This document shows, piece after piece, positions 47,622 through 58,187 of a DNA stretch of 64,000 nucleotides. The notes below the pieces were generated by a model, which ran no database searches, was not told the origin of the DNA, and was given only the letters and a program-made list of their open reading frames with translations. Made by a program: the position numbers and the translations under genes. This stretch comes from an uncultured Nitrososphaerota archaeon (lineage in GTDB: Archaea; Thermoproteota; Nitrososphaeria; Nitrososphaerales; CADDZS01), in contig CAWCYI010000004.1 in NCBI GenBank assembly GCA_963799845.1, positions 288,001 to 352,000 of the forward strand. The letters run 5' to 3'. The stretch's first letter is position 1, and each line of letters opens with the position of its first letter.

Positions 47622-48749
47622 TAACCTGGCCGACATAAGTTCATAGACACCTGTTGGTCAGAAGGAATTTCTTCATGTCAAGATGCGAGCAAAACCTTCG
47701 CGTTCGATAGTATTCTGCCAGGATTGATTTCAGTTCTTTCAATGACGTCGGAAAGGTTGGAAGCCTTGAGAGATCCTTCTCACCCTCGCGCCAACACTCC
47801 TCCATCATGTTGAACTCTGGCGAAGCTGTCGGGATCCATCTGACTCTGAGAGTCTTCCTGTTCTTACCCAAATAATCAGTTACGATCCTGGTTTTGTGGT
47901 GTTGCCTTGCTTTGTCAAGGAAGAGATAGAGTGATCCAAACTTCCTGTGCACCTTCTTCAGGTAGTCGAGGAATGTCTCGCCATTGAATTTCTCGTACTG
48001 CCTGAAGATTTGTGTCCCGTCCAGGCTGATCGCTCCAAACACCACGGTGTTGCCGTGCGAGCCTGACACAATCCGAATCGGTCGAATCCCTTTGACCGCC
48101 CACACCCTTTTGGTTTCTATGTTCTGGACGAAGATTGATTCGTCTTCGGATGCTACGGTGAAGCCTTCCGGGATATTCCTGAGGAGTCTTGCGGTCCTTT
48201 TTTAAATTCGAGCCTCTCTTCGAGGGAAGCCTTGTGAAGTAACCTCTTGTCAGGGACAATTGCTCTCACTCCCCACTTCTGCATCAACCTGTAGATGTGT
48301 CTCTCAGTGTATGCCACGTCTGCTTCCTTGCGGATCATCTCCCTGACCTCCTTCACGGTCCAGCCGCATTCGTTCTTCACGACCTTCCTCTTCACCGCAA
48401 TGAACTTGTTGTGATCGAGCTTCGGAGGTCTCCCGCTCCTTTCCATCGTCTTGAGTCCTTCTAGCCCATCTTTCTCGAAACGTCTAAGCCACGGTGTCGT
48501 CCATGATTTGTGCCGGTGAACTTCCCTTGCTACGTGCGACGCCGGGACACCCTCGTACTTGACCTTCAGAACGAGGAATATCCTCTTGCTTACGTTTGCG
48601 TCCCTCTCCTCTCTATAAGCCTCTTCAACAATCTCCTTCGGTGCCTGTAATCGAGACATACAACCTGAGATAGGAAGGGAAGTTGGCCAAAAATGAGAAT
48701 GTCTAGGTCTGTGGCCCTTTCAGTCTAATAATTTATGTCGGCCAGGTTA
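47622..48749 (-). mobile_element. IS630-family insertion sequence
   Basis: TIRs TA-acctggccgacataa (47622-47638) and ttatgtcggccaggt-TA (48733-48749); TA target duplication; split transposase. Confidence 0.92.
47641..48659 (-). CDS. IS630 transposase, two ORFs joined by -1 frameshift at T TTA AAA AAG (~48200)
   Basis: HTH OrfA (RSGRPPKL) and DDE OrfB (EDES, LDKA, SPEFNMME). Confidence 0.88.
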
Positions 48750-48871
48750 ATTAGGAATATTGAAAACACCATGATCTTGGTCAGCATATCTCAATTTTCG
48801 ATACTATCATCGTAGTAAAGAATTAGGCAGAACTATATAATCTCCAAAACTGTTACTTGTATGACTCCTTA

Positions 48872-48952
48872 ATGTCAAAGTCTGACGCACTGTTTTACTT
48901 CCTGACGGCCGTCCTTGTTTTCATAATAGCGACAGCCATAAGAACTTCTTAA
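48872..48952 (+). CDS. Possible 26-aa single-TM peptide
   Basis: MSKSDALFYFLTAVLVFIIATAIRTS; TATATAA ~32 bp upstream. Confidence 0.35.
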   Translation: MSKSDALFYFLTAVLVFIIATAIRTS

Positions 48953-49126
48953 TTTATTTTCAGTGGAATGAAATTATGGAAGATGTGTCTAATTAAGGAT
49001 ATCAAGAGTTTCATTCACCTCAAATTAGAGCCAAAACCGTTCATACTATGATCGATATTATACCTTGCTTGATTTGAAATTTGAAAGAGAAGAGTTAATT
49101 CCATGGAATAAGGTTAGTTTTTTCTT

Positions 49127-49504
49127 GTGGCAATAACAAACAGCGATTTCTCGTCAATCGGAGAATCTCTTTCAAACATTCTGTCAGGTACTCTAACCGT
49201 CAACGTCAATAACTTTCCATTTCTGAAGATCGACGGAGAAACGAAAACATTAGACGTTGAAATCAAGGGGCTAAAAGCCTCCGGAATCCAGGCTTCCGAT
49301 TTGGTGGGCGATTCTCGTCGAGGGTTACTGGAGACCCTCAAGATCTCTCAAAGGATTGCGAAGGACCTCCATCAAAAGGGCTGGAGGCTGCGCGTCTTCG
49401 AAGGGGGTAGTTCGCTCTTTTCGATGGGAAGGGGAGTCTCTTCATTGACCAGCTTTGTTTGGGGAGATCCGACCAAGCTTCTAAAAATCCTGAGCTCTAC
49501 TTGA
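49127..49504 (+). CDS. Hypothetical protein
   Basis: 125-aa globular-looking ORF. Confidence 0.6.
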   Translation: MAITNSDFSSIGESLSNILSGTLTVNVNNFPFLKIDGETKTLDVEIKGLKASGIQASDLVGDSRRGLLETLKISQRIAKDLHQKGWRLRVFEGGSSLFSMGRGVSSLTSFVWGDPTKLLKILSST

Positions 49505-49772
49505 GCGGAGAGAATTGTTCCTTTCCCTGCTGACTTGAAATATTCGCGACATTCTTGGAGACAAGAGCGTTCTTTTCCTCATCCGTGAGCTCGCGCATAT
49601 GAACAACCATGCTAATTGTGCCGTTGATCTCCACGCTGAATGATGTGCCGGGAAACCTCACATTCGTCCTCTGAAACGTGAGATCAACCTGTGATTGCTT
49701 GTTAGCGAGAGTCGTAATCAGACCTTCGAACAGATTCTTTTCCGTGTCTTCGGTGTTTGACATACTTTGCAT
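49497..49772 (-). CDS. Hypothetical protein
   Basis: Convergent ORF; start uncertain. Confidence 0.55.
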   Translation of the reverse strand: MQSMSNTEDTEKNLFEGLITTLANKQSQVDLTFQRTNVRFPGTSFSVEINGTISMVVHMRELTDEEKNALVSKNVANISSQQGKEQFSPLK

Positions 49773-49906
49773 CGTCTTGGATAGTGTTTGGGAAGTATTT
49801 ACGAATTCTCTCAATTCATCTCGCGAATCTTCGGCTTTGACGAGCTCCGAGCATAGGATGGTCGGAAATCTGTAATCCTGACTGATAGGCTAAAATGCTG
49901 TAAAGT

Positions 49907-51577
49907 TTGCGTTCGCGATCAGAAACTGAATTGAAAAAATTGCCCAGCAAGCTGGTATCAATTTCTGAGGCGCTGTCACCGGTCCGAGACGAATCGGTTG
50001 TTGCGATTTCTGGGTTCAACATGGCGGCAACTCCAGAACACCTGATTCTCTCACTTTTTGAAATGTATCAGAAGACTGGTCATCCAAGAGGTCTTTTTCT
50101 TGTGTGCGATTCCCTCCCCGCAATCCCTGGAAGGGCGCTCGACTTCGTCAGTGAGCAGATCTACAGGGGGAAGGACGAAGGTTTCCTGAGTGGACTGCTG
50201 ATCCCATTTCTCGGTTTTTCGCCGTGGACTCAGAAGATTGTCGAGGAAAATATGCTCGAAACATATAGCTGGCCGATTGGAGTTGTAGCCTATTGGTTTC
50301 GAGAGGTGGCTTCTGGTAGGCCCGGATTGATAACGACCATCGGCATCGACACCCTCCTTGACCCGAGGAAGGAAGGAGGAGCTATGAATCAAAAGGCGGA
50401 CCAGAAAAAGACCTGCAAAGTAAATCTTGTTCAGATCGAAGGAAACGATTTTCTTTTTTATCACGCGCCGAAGCCGACTTTTGCCCTAATACGTGCCAGT
50501 GTGTCCGATGAATTGGGTAATCTGTCTATGACGGACGAAGGAATCCGTGGAACGGTACTGAATATCGCGCAGGCAACAAAGGCAAGACCCGAGCCGGGGA
50601 GCGTTGTTGCTCAGGTCAGATGGATTACGAAATCCGGAACGATGAATCCAAGGGACGTGGACGTACCCTCGCCGCTCATCGATACCGTCGTCATCTCACC
50701 GAAGCAGCACCACTGGCAGGGAGGAACTTTCGAGTATGATCCGAGAATCTCTTATCGAGTCATGCAACCGGTGACGGAGGAGATCGTTTCTGATATTTTG
50801 CCGCCCCCAGAAAGGGAGTTTGAAAGGGTGATTGCAAGACGGGTGCTGGTAGAACTGATCAAAGTCCTCGACGAAAAGGATTCTCCAGTGCTTGTCAATT
50901 TGGGAGTGGGAATCCCTGCTCTTGTCTCCGCTGTTGCGGCGGAAGAAAATGTCGCTGACTGCATCCTGACAGTCCTTGAATCGGGGCCGTGGGGCGGTAT
51001 TGCACTTTCAGGGGTCGATTTCGGGTTGGCGTTCAGTCCGTTCGCCCTTTCTTCGATGCCAGACATGTTCTCCAATTTTGAAGGCGGCATCATCGACGCG
51101 GCCTCTCTGGGCTTCCTACAAGTGGATCAGGCAGGAAACGTAAACCCATCAATGCTTCCGGGAAGGATCTACGGCCCGGGTGGTTTCCCCGTGATAGCGG
51201 GCGGTGCTCCCAGGACCTATTTCTCGGGTGCATTTGCCGGTGGGCCGAGCAAACTTCGAGTCGAGTTAGGTGCCCTAAACATTATCGAAGACGGGCCGGT
51301 CAGCAAGTTCGTCCCTAAGGTCTACCGCGTGTTCTTCAGCGGAAAGGAAGCAATCAAGCATGGAAAGGAAATTCTGTATATCACAGAGCGTGCAGTTTTT
51401 CGACTATCAAGAGACGGCTTGGTGCTGGAGGAAATTGCGCCGGGAGTAGACCTGGACAGAAACGTTCTTCAGAAAATGGAGTTCAAACCGGAGGTCAGCC
51501 CGAAGTTAAGGGAAATGGACAGGATGCTCTTCTTGGACCGGAAGATGGGAATCAGGGACTCTCTCTTCGACGAGTAG
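49907..51577 (+). CDS. Acyl-CoA:acetate/propionate CoA-transferase (YdiF/Pct-type, fused alpha-beta)
   Basis: NLGVGIP, ESG, LGFLQVD..GNVN, GPGGF, YITERAVF, EIAPGVD. Confidence 0.9.
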   Translation: MRSRSETELKKLPSKLVSISEALSPVRDESVVAISGFNMAATPEHLILSLFEMYQKTGHPRGLFLVCDSLPAIPGRALDFVSEQIYRGKDEGFLSGLLIPFLGFSPWTQKIVEENMLETYSWPIGVVAYWFREVASGRPGLITTIGIDTLLDPRKEGGAMNQKADQKKTCKVNLVQIEGNDFLFYHAPKPTFALIRASVSDELGNLSMTDEGIRGTVLNIAQATKARPEPGSVVAQVRWITKSGTMNPRDVDVPSPLIDTVVISPKQHHWQGGTFEYDPRISYRVMQPVTEEIVSDILPPPEREFERVIARRVLVELIKVLDEKDSPVLVNLGVGIPALVSAVAAEENVADCILTVLESGPWGGIALSGVDFGLAFSPFALSSMPDMFSNFEGGIIDAASLGFLQVDQAGNVNPSMLPGRIYGPGGFPVIAGGAPRTYFSGAFAGGPSKLRVELGALNIIEDGPVSKFVPKVYRVFFSGKEAIKHGKEILYITERAVFRLSRDGLVLEEIAPGVDLDRNVLQKMEFKPEVSPKLREMDRMLFLDRKMGIRDSLFDE

Positions 51578-51595
51578 ATTTGGCCGAAATCCCTT

Positions 51596-51607
51596 CGAAT
51601 ATGTTCG
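51596..51607. promoter_or_regulatory. CGAA-N4-TTCG palindrome upstream of ppk2
   Basis: cgaa-tatg-ttcg, 16 bp before TTTTATTT. Confidence 0.4.
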
Positions 51608-51656
51608 TAGCGACCATAATCACTTTTATTTTTTTGTTAATTCTCTCGACCACACA

Positions 51657-52469
51657 ATGCTGGACACGAGCTCATTCCGGATAAATCCGGGACAGAAGAT
51701 CAACATCGCAGAACTTGATCCCAACGACACCTCAGCCGCGGACGAGAAAAAAAGCGATTCGAAGGACGAAATTAAAAAACTTGTAGAGAAACTGGATGAT
51801 CTTCAAGAAATGCTGTACGCCGAGCATCGGCATAAAGTTCTGATCGTGCTTCAGGCGATGGACACTGGAGGAAAAGATGGGGTCATTCGCCGGATCTTCG
51901 AAGGCGTGAACCCTTCAGGAGTTCGTGTCGCACATTTCAGAGAGCCATCGCAGGAAGAGAAAGACCACGGCTTCCTTTGGAGGGAGTACAAAGAAGTTCC
52001 TGGAAATGGCGAGATCGTTATCTTCAACAGGAGTCATTACGAGGGTGTTCTGGTAGAGCGGGTCCATAACATTGTACCTAAAGATGTCTGGGAGAAACGC
52101 TATGATGAAATCAATGAGTTCGAAAGACTCCTAGTGGAGGAAGGAACGACCATTATCAAATTCTATCTTCACATCGATTCTCAAGAGCAGAAGAAGCGGA
52201 TTAGGGAAAGACTCGATGATCCCACGAAGGAATGGAAATTCAGCGCTGACGATCTGGTCGAGAGAAAAAAATGGGACGATTACATGAAAGCTTACGAAGC
52301 ATTACTGAACAGGACGAGCGCGGAAAAATCTCCTTGGTACGTCATACCCTCGAATCATAAATGGTTCAGAGATCTTTTGGTGGCCACAATACTCGTTGAG
52401 ACACTTGAAAGCTTCCGGATGAAATATCCGAAACTGCCAACGCAGTTCAAGTCTGCGAAATTGGGCTAG
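51657..52469 (+). CDS. ppk2: Polyphosphate kinase 2 (class III-like)
   Basis: QAMDTGGKDG, FNRSHYE, KEWKFS, PWYVIPSNHKWFR. Confidence 0.93.
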   Translation: MLDTSSFRINPGQKINIAELDPNDTSAADEKKSDSKDEIKKLVEKLDDLQEMLYAEHRHKVLIVLQAMDTGGKDGVIRRIFEGVNPSGVRVAHFREPSQEEKDHGFLWREYKEVPGNGEIVIFNRSHYEGVLVERVHNIVPKDVWEKRYDEINEFERLLVEEGTTIIKFYLHIDSQEQKKRIRERLDDPTKEWKFSADDLVERKKWDDYMKAYEALLNRTSAEKSPWYVIPSNHKWFRDLLVATILVETLESFRMKYPKLPTQFKSAKLG

Positions 52470-52800
52470 GGAATGGCCAGGCTTTCGACTAGTTCGTTCA
52501 GCCAGTCGTCCCCGAAAATTAAATCCTGCAACACCGTTTCATTGTCGGCCCCAGCTTCTTGGCGAGGTTCGAGGATGATTCTCTAAAGTTCCGCCAGATC
52601 GGTTCAATCAAACGGAAACGGACATTAAAGAGGTAAGCATGTCTAGATTCCAAATAATATTAGGCACCAGAATATAGATATGCCGAAAATATCGCTCTGA
52701 ATGGAACCTAAATCCCAACTGAAATATATTCTGGAATTATTTTACAGAAAGGTGAATATTCGCAATCGTACAAGATTCGAAGAGCTTCGATGCAGGGGAG

Positions 52801-53244
52801 ATGTCCAAACCACCATCTCGTTCGACTCATAGGTTAAGAATCCTGCTCGTGATTATGCTCGTAATTCTAACCGTTCAGGGCTGGTTAGGGGACACTACTA
52901 ATCTTTTCGTGATCACATCCGGTACTTCGTCAATTCCTTTCTCCTTGAGCGCAATTATTCAGAGTATAGTCAACAATGGACCGATTCTCATCTGGCATGC
53001 AACTGAAGGATTCTTGCTACTGATCTTGTCATTGGTTGCGATTGGACTTTCATTCAAATGGTCGGGCAAGAGAAACGTGCGGATTGCGTCTATCTTCGGT
53101 GCACTGATGATAATTTCGGCCGTGATTGGAGGAGTAAGCTTCCTGCTTTCCGGGTACAATGCCGCCGGCTCTTCAGCCGAAATGGGCGGGAGTTTTATTG
53201 GAGCGTACGCGTTCTACTTCATGGAACTCTATTTTACAAAATAA
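52801..53244 (+). CDS. 4-TM membrane protein
   Basis: Four hydrophobic helices, QGWLG and WHA..G. Confidence 0.7.
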   Translation: MSKPPSRSTHRLRILLVIMLVILTVQGWLGDTTNLFVITSGTSSIPFSLSAIIQSIVNNGPILIWHATEGFLLLILSLVAIGLSFKWSGKRNVRIASIFGALMIISAVIGGVSFLLSGYNAAGSSAEMGGSFIGAYAFYFMELYFTK

Positions 53245-53390
53245 ATTCGGGCATGGCAGTAGATGTGGACGCAAGATCCGGAGTGCGTCTTCATTTTTGA
53301 TTTATACAATCTTCCGCCACATCATTCAAAATCCCTTAAATTGCCGCATATTTCATTTCTCGCGGGTTATTCCGGGCCCTAGTTTCGCAA

Positions 53391-54089
53391 GTGATCATCA
53401 TGATAGTCCTGACACCCATAATTGCGGAGTTGGGAGCGTTCATCATAGCCGGGTTTGTATTCTACGGTTTGAAAATAAGGTACGGCTGGACGGTAGCGTT
53501 TCTTTTCCTGATTGGATCGATTATCTGGACGACCCCTCTTGAAACTCTGGGGATACTTACCGGGTCTTACTCGTATACTACATTTGCAGGTTCTCTATTT
53601 CCAAGCTACCGGGGCTACCTGTTGTGGATCGGCGTCGTACCGTTATGGATCGAAATGGGATGGTTCATCGTGTCCGCATCGTCCTTCGTGTTGTTTCATG
53701 ATGTCCTACTTCCAAAGTCGAAAACTCTCGCGGCAACTCTCTTTGCGGGGCTTTTCGCGGTAAACCTCGATCTCATGATAGATCCGGTCGCCTCGTCAAA
53801 CAGGCTGTGGGTCTGGATCGGCCCGTCGCTGAACCTCTTTGACATCCCGGTATACAACTATGTGGGATGGTTCGTAATGATATTTTTCTATGACATTATT
53901 ATCTGGAATACGGTCGTCGGCTTCCGGCAGATAAAGGGTCTGAGCGTTATCGAAAAGAGACTCTTCTCGTTCAAAGGCACGGTGACTTCTGTTAGCTTTA
54001 GGAAAAGAGCGACTGGTTTCCTTTTTAGGATGCTAGTTTTTGAATTTGTTGCAATCATCCTGATCAAGATGGTATCGATGGTGACCTAA
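53391..54089 (+). CDS. CruF/DUF422-like (carotenoid hydratase-type) membrane protein
   Basis: E.LG..TG.Y.Y, GVVPLWI..GW, DLMIDPVA, IPVYNYVGW. Confidence 0.78.
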   Translation: MIIMIVLTPIIAELGAFIIAGFVFYGLKIRYGWTVAFLFLIGSIIWTTPLETLGILTGSYSYTTFAGSLFPSYRGYLLWIGVVPLWIEMGWFIVSASSFVLFHDVLLPKSKTLAATLFAGLFAVNLDLMIDPVASSNRLWVWIGPSLNLFDIPVYNYVGWFVMIFFYDIIIWNTVVGFRQIKGLSVIEKRLFSFKGTVTSVSFRKRATGFLFRMLVFEFVAIILIKMVSMVT

Positions 54090-54092
54090 CAA

Positions 54093-54356
54093 ATGAGCAG
54101 GGATTCCATGTCATACGAGGAAAAAGGTGCGAAAGAACAACTGGAGAAAAAAGACAGCAAGGGAGCGCGAATTGTTGTCTTCGGAGCGCTCGCCTCGATG
54201 CTTCTCTGGTTTACTGTCCTGCTGTCTGGAGATCCGATAAAGTACTTTGGCAGCCCGGAAGCGAGCAATTTCTATGCTATCGCGATTAGCGCGCCTGCTG
54301 CGATAATTTCGATCTTTGCTCTGATTAAAGTTGGGAAACGGAAAAAAGCTTACTGA
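54093..54356 (+). CDS. Small 2-TM protein
   Basis: Two hydrophobic helices, 3 bp after the previous gene. Confidence 0.55.
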   Translation: MSRDSMSYEEKGAKEQLEKKDSKGARIVVFGALASMLLWFTVLLSGDPIKYFGSPEASNFYAIAISAPAAIISIFALIKVGKRKKAY

Positions 54357-54470
54357 TTTTTTGCTACCTGTTACTAACTCCGATCTAATTCAAGATTTTA
54401 CGACAGTATCTCGAAATTGGCGAGGCGGTTTACCTGACGTTATCAATCGAAAAGTTGGTTTTAATTGATT

Positions 54471-55322
54471 CTACGCCAGGCCAGTGAGTTTCAGACTAAC
54501 ATCCCACAGGCGCTTTGCTTCGTCCCCGTCGTAAGATTCTTTTGAAGACTGATTTTCTTTTTTCTTGTAAAAGTACTTGCCGGTCACTCCTTCGACTTCT
54601 GGGGAAGACGCCAAGTAAATGGGAGTCTCAGCCCCCTTTTTCGGACTGATCATGAACGGCCTTCCCAACCTTATCCCAATTCCCAACGCGCCACCTTCGT
54701 CCCCCCACCTCGTCCTGACCACTCCGGGATGTACGGCGTTCACGGTAACTCCAGTGCCGGCCAGTCTCCTTGAAAGTTCGTAGGTAAAAAGAACCTGTGC
54801 CAGCTTGGACTGTGAGTACGACTTCATCGCGCTGTATCCCTTCTTCTCCTGAAGATCATCAAAGTCTATGTGACCACTCAAGCTCGCGCTCGAACTGACA
54901 TTCACTATTCTCGATGGCGCTGAGACTTTCAAAGTATCCAGCAGAAGCATTGTGAGAAGGAAGTGGGAGAGGTAGTTCACTTCAAATGTGGTTTCGAGAT
55001 TGTCTACGGTTATCATCTTTTTTCCCATGATCAACCCCGCGTTGTTTACAAGGACGTGCAGCCGATCATGAGTTTTCTTGAAGTCGTCAGCAAGTTTTCT
55101 GACAGAGGCGAGCGAGGAAAGATCCGCAAGCAAAAGCTCAACCGATTTGTTTCCGGTCCTCTCAATGATCTTGCTTTTCGCCGCTTCTCCCTTCGTTTGA
55201 TCGCGGCAAACGAGAACTGTGGTCGCTCCCAGCTGCGCGAGACCCGCAGCAACCTCTCCGCCGATACCGCTGTTCGCCCCCGTAATCGTGCATGTTTTAC
55301 CTGAAAGGGAAACGCTCGACAA
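54471..55322 (-). CDS. Short-chain dehydrogenase/reductase (retinol-DH/WWOX-like)
   Basis: TGANSGIG, NNAG, YSQSK, HPGVVRT. Confidence 0.93.
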   Translation of the reverse strand: MSSVSLSGKTCTITGANSGIGGEVAAGLAQLGATTVLVCRDQTKGEAAKSKIIERTGNKSVELLLADLSSLASVRKLADDFKKTHDRLHVLVNNAGLIMGKKMITVDNLETTFEVNYLSHFLLTMLLLDTLKVSAPSRIVNVSSSASLSGHIDFDDLQEKKGYSAMKSYSQSKLAQVLFTYELSRRLAGTGVTVNAVHPGVVRTRWGDEGGALGIGIRLGRPFMISPKKGAETPIYLASSPEVEGVTGKYFYKKKENQSSKESYDGDEAKRLWDVSLKLTGLA

Positions 55323-55455
55323 TCATACCACCAAATTTTGTAACTATACAACGGCTCTAATCGAATGTTTACTATGTATGCATGTCCCTCCCCCAAAATC
55401 AATGTTAATACCATGTATTTTCTGATGTGGGCACATTCCTCCGCGGGCCTTGCAA

Positions 55456-56932
55456 ATGAAATACAAGTGGGTGGCGCTCACCGTCACATCTGTTGGAACC
55501 GTGATGGCAGGCGTAGATACACGAATTGTGATCGTCGGACTGCCCACGATCGCAAAGCAGCTCGGTGCTGACGTCGAGAGCATCATATGGGTCAGTCAAG
55601 CCTATCTCCTGGCCAGTACCGTCGGTCTTCTTCTGATCGGGAGAGTAACTGATCTTATCGGCAGGGTCAAGATCTACAACCTCGGGTTTGCCGTGTTCAC
55701 GATAGGTTCTCTGCTGTCCTCAATTTCCTTCTCTTCCGTGGAATTAATCGCGGCGCGGACTGTCCAGGGGACTGGAGCAGCTGATGCTTCTCACGAACAG
55801 CACCGCAATTCTAACAGACGCGACACCCAAGGAAGAACTCGGCACAATCCTCGGTCTCAATCAGATTGCATTCAGAGTCGGGTCGGTCGCCGGTCTAACT
55901 TTGGCCGGAGTAATACTCGCAGTTGCAGACTGGCGCGCGCTCTTTTACATCAACATACCGATTGGGATTTTCGGAACGCTGTGGGCTCATCTAAGGCTGA
56001 AGGAAATCTCTACCAAAGACGTAGCTCGCAAAATGGACTGGTGGGGCTTCATAACTTTCACTCTGGGCATAACGTCGATCCTACTTTCCATCACGTTCCT
56101 GAGTTACGGACTTTCGGACACTCGGATCGGCTTGGGGCTGGCAGTGTTCGGATCGTTTCTTCTAATTGCGTTCGTCCAAATTGAGTCGAGGATAGAAGCT
56201 CCCATTCTTGATCTTCGTCTATTCAAAATCAGGGAGTTCATGGGAGGAAATCTAGCACAGTTGCTAAACGCCCTCGCTTGGTCTGGCGTCATTATCATGC
56301 TTTCCTTTTACCTGCAGCTGGTGTTGAGCATGTCAGCCCTCCAGGCCGGCTTGTCCCTTCTTCCACTCGAAGCAACTTATGCCATATTCGGCCCGTTAAG
56401 CGGTAGATTATCGGACAAATACGGTACCAGGTGGTTTTCAACGATCGGGCTCATTGTAAGCAGCGCGGGCTTTTTCCTGTTGTCCACGGTCAGTACCGGA
56501 ACAACTTACCTTCAGCTTGCGCTTCCTCTCGCATTACTGGGAGTCGGAAACGGAATGTTCGTTTCTCCAAACATTTCGTCAATTATGGGCTCGGTGCCTC
56601 CCAATAGAAGGGGCGTCGCCTCCGGATTTAGAGTAACGGTATTCAATATTGGCTTGACAGCAAGCTCTGGAATCGCAATCCTCCTGATTACACTGGGCCT
56701 GCCCTATTCTGTTTTTTCATCCTTCATCGAAGGTCTGGCCCCAGCGAGCGTTACCGCTACAGCAATCGAAGGATTCGTCAAAGGTTTTAGAATCGCAGCT
56801 TTTGTTCTCGCAATAATTAACACCATCGCAATTATTCCATCGTTCTTGAGAGGACCGCGACACTATTACAAAGCCGTCCAAGAAACTAGTCCCGAAAACT
56901 CTGTACCCGGCATAGGCATGGACAAATCCTGA
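55456..56932 (+). CDS. MFS (DHA2/EmrB-like) transporter (apparent +1 frameshift at ~55783)
   Basis: GRVTDLIGR, RTVQGTGA continuing as AMLLTNS after removing one base; WRALFYINIPIG. Confidence 0.87.
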
Positions 56933-56998
56933 AACTTTCAGAGATCCCTTGATTACAGTTATTGCTTAAATAGTTCGCAGAGTCCCATTCACCCAATT

Positions 56999-57451
56999 AT
57001 GAAACTCCCGCTTAGTCCAAAGGAAGAAACCGAAATAGTCGATATGCTTCAAAATGTTGTTCCGATCTTTTCCGGGCTTCCGAAAAAGGAGTTAAAGGCA
57101 ATGTCACATTCGTTTGTCGAACGAAGTTACGAGCCTGGGAAAGTGATCGAAGCCGAAGGTGACAAGGGTCTTTCGTTCTATCTGATAATCGACGGTTCGG
57201 TAGACGTTCGCAAGGGGGGAAAATCAATCGCGAAACTTTCGAGGGGGCAGTTTTTCGGAGAGCTTTCGTTACTTGACAAGCAGCCCAGATCCGCTACTAT
57301 CGAGGCGGTGGAGCCTACCAAGTGTCTAGTCATGACGGCGTGGGTGTGGAGCGGATTCCTGGAAACCCAACCGAAACTTGCAGTGCCGGTAATGCGGGAA
57401 CTCGCCAGACGACTTAGGGAGACCGACCAGAAACTAAGCACTTTGAACTAG
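56999..57451 (+). CDS. Stand-alone cyclic-nucleotide-binding protein
   Basis: FYLIIDG.V.V, GQFFGELSLLD..PRSAT; no HTH. Confidence 0.9.
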   Translation: MKLPLSPKEETEIVDMLQNVVPIFSGLPKKELKAMSHSFVERSYEPGKVIEAEGDKGLSFYLIIDGSVDVRKGGKSIAKLSRGQFFGELSLLDKQPRSATIEAVEPTKCLVMTAWVWSGFLETQPKLAVPVMRELARRLRETDQKLSTLN

Positions 57452-57475
57452 TAGTAAATATCGCGCATCTTCGAA

Positions 57476-58138
57476 TCATTGCTCCTGCTTCAGAGACTTA
57501 CCCTTTACCGTGACCTTGTAAATTGAATTCTTGTCTTCGGAGATCACATTGATATTCGCATAATCGTCGTGGAACAGGGAGAATTTGTATTTTTTCGGAT
57601 CTAGATCTTGCGATCTTACTATCATGGCCAGCTTGTCGATTAGCCTCTGGTTATCGATCTTGATATGTCTCCTCTGCCTTGCAACTTCACCCATATGACT
57701 TTCGTAAAAGGCGTTCACCATCCTAGTCAACTTCCTGTTCAGCCTAAAGTATACACCAAATCCAACAAAGTACGCTCCAATAAAAGCACCAAGAAAGGCG
57801 TAGGCACCGACGATTCCAAGGTGCGCGATAACACCTGTACCGAGCAAAATGAAATAAATCGTGAACACGATAAGACCCAGGAACATTATCACCGGCCTCA
57901 GTATTCCTAAGCGTCTTGATAGCTTCATTATTTGATCCGATTCGGAAGGCAAGCCGGCAATGTCGTCCACGTCTTTGGATATATCCTTCCAGACTGCCTT
58001 AACATCAGGGTCGTCGGAATTGTTCTTGACGATCCTCTTTATCCGTGCCGGGTCTGTTACCGAAAGAGCAGCGTATCCATCAAGCAGGGGTATCAATGTT
58101 GCAAGCTGTTTTGGATCTATCGACTTTTTGTCCGCCAC
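57476..58138 (-). CDS. Hypothetical 2-TM protein
   Basis: 220-aa ORF with a central hydrophobic hairpin. Confidence 0.7.
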   Translation of the reverse strand: MADKKSIDPKQLATLIPLLDGYAALSVTDPARIKRIVKNNSDDPDVKAVWKDISKDVDDIAGLPSESDQIMKLSRRLGILRPVIMFLGLIVFTIYFILLGTGVIAHLGIVGAYAFLGAFIGAYFVGFGVYFRLNRKLTRMVNAFYESHMGEVARQRRHIKIDNQRLIDKLAMIVRSQDLDPKKYKFSLFHDDYANINVISEDKNSIYKVTVKGKSLKQEQ

Positions 58139-58187
58139 ATCAGATCTCCAATTTCTTTTGAAAGCAAACCAGACAAGAATCGCGTAC

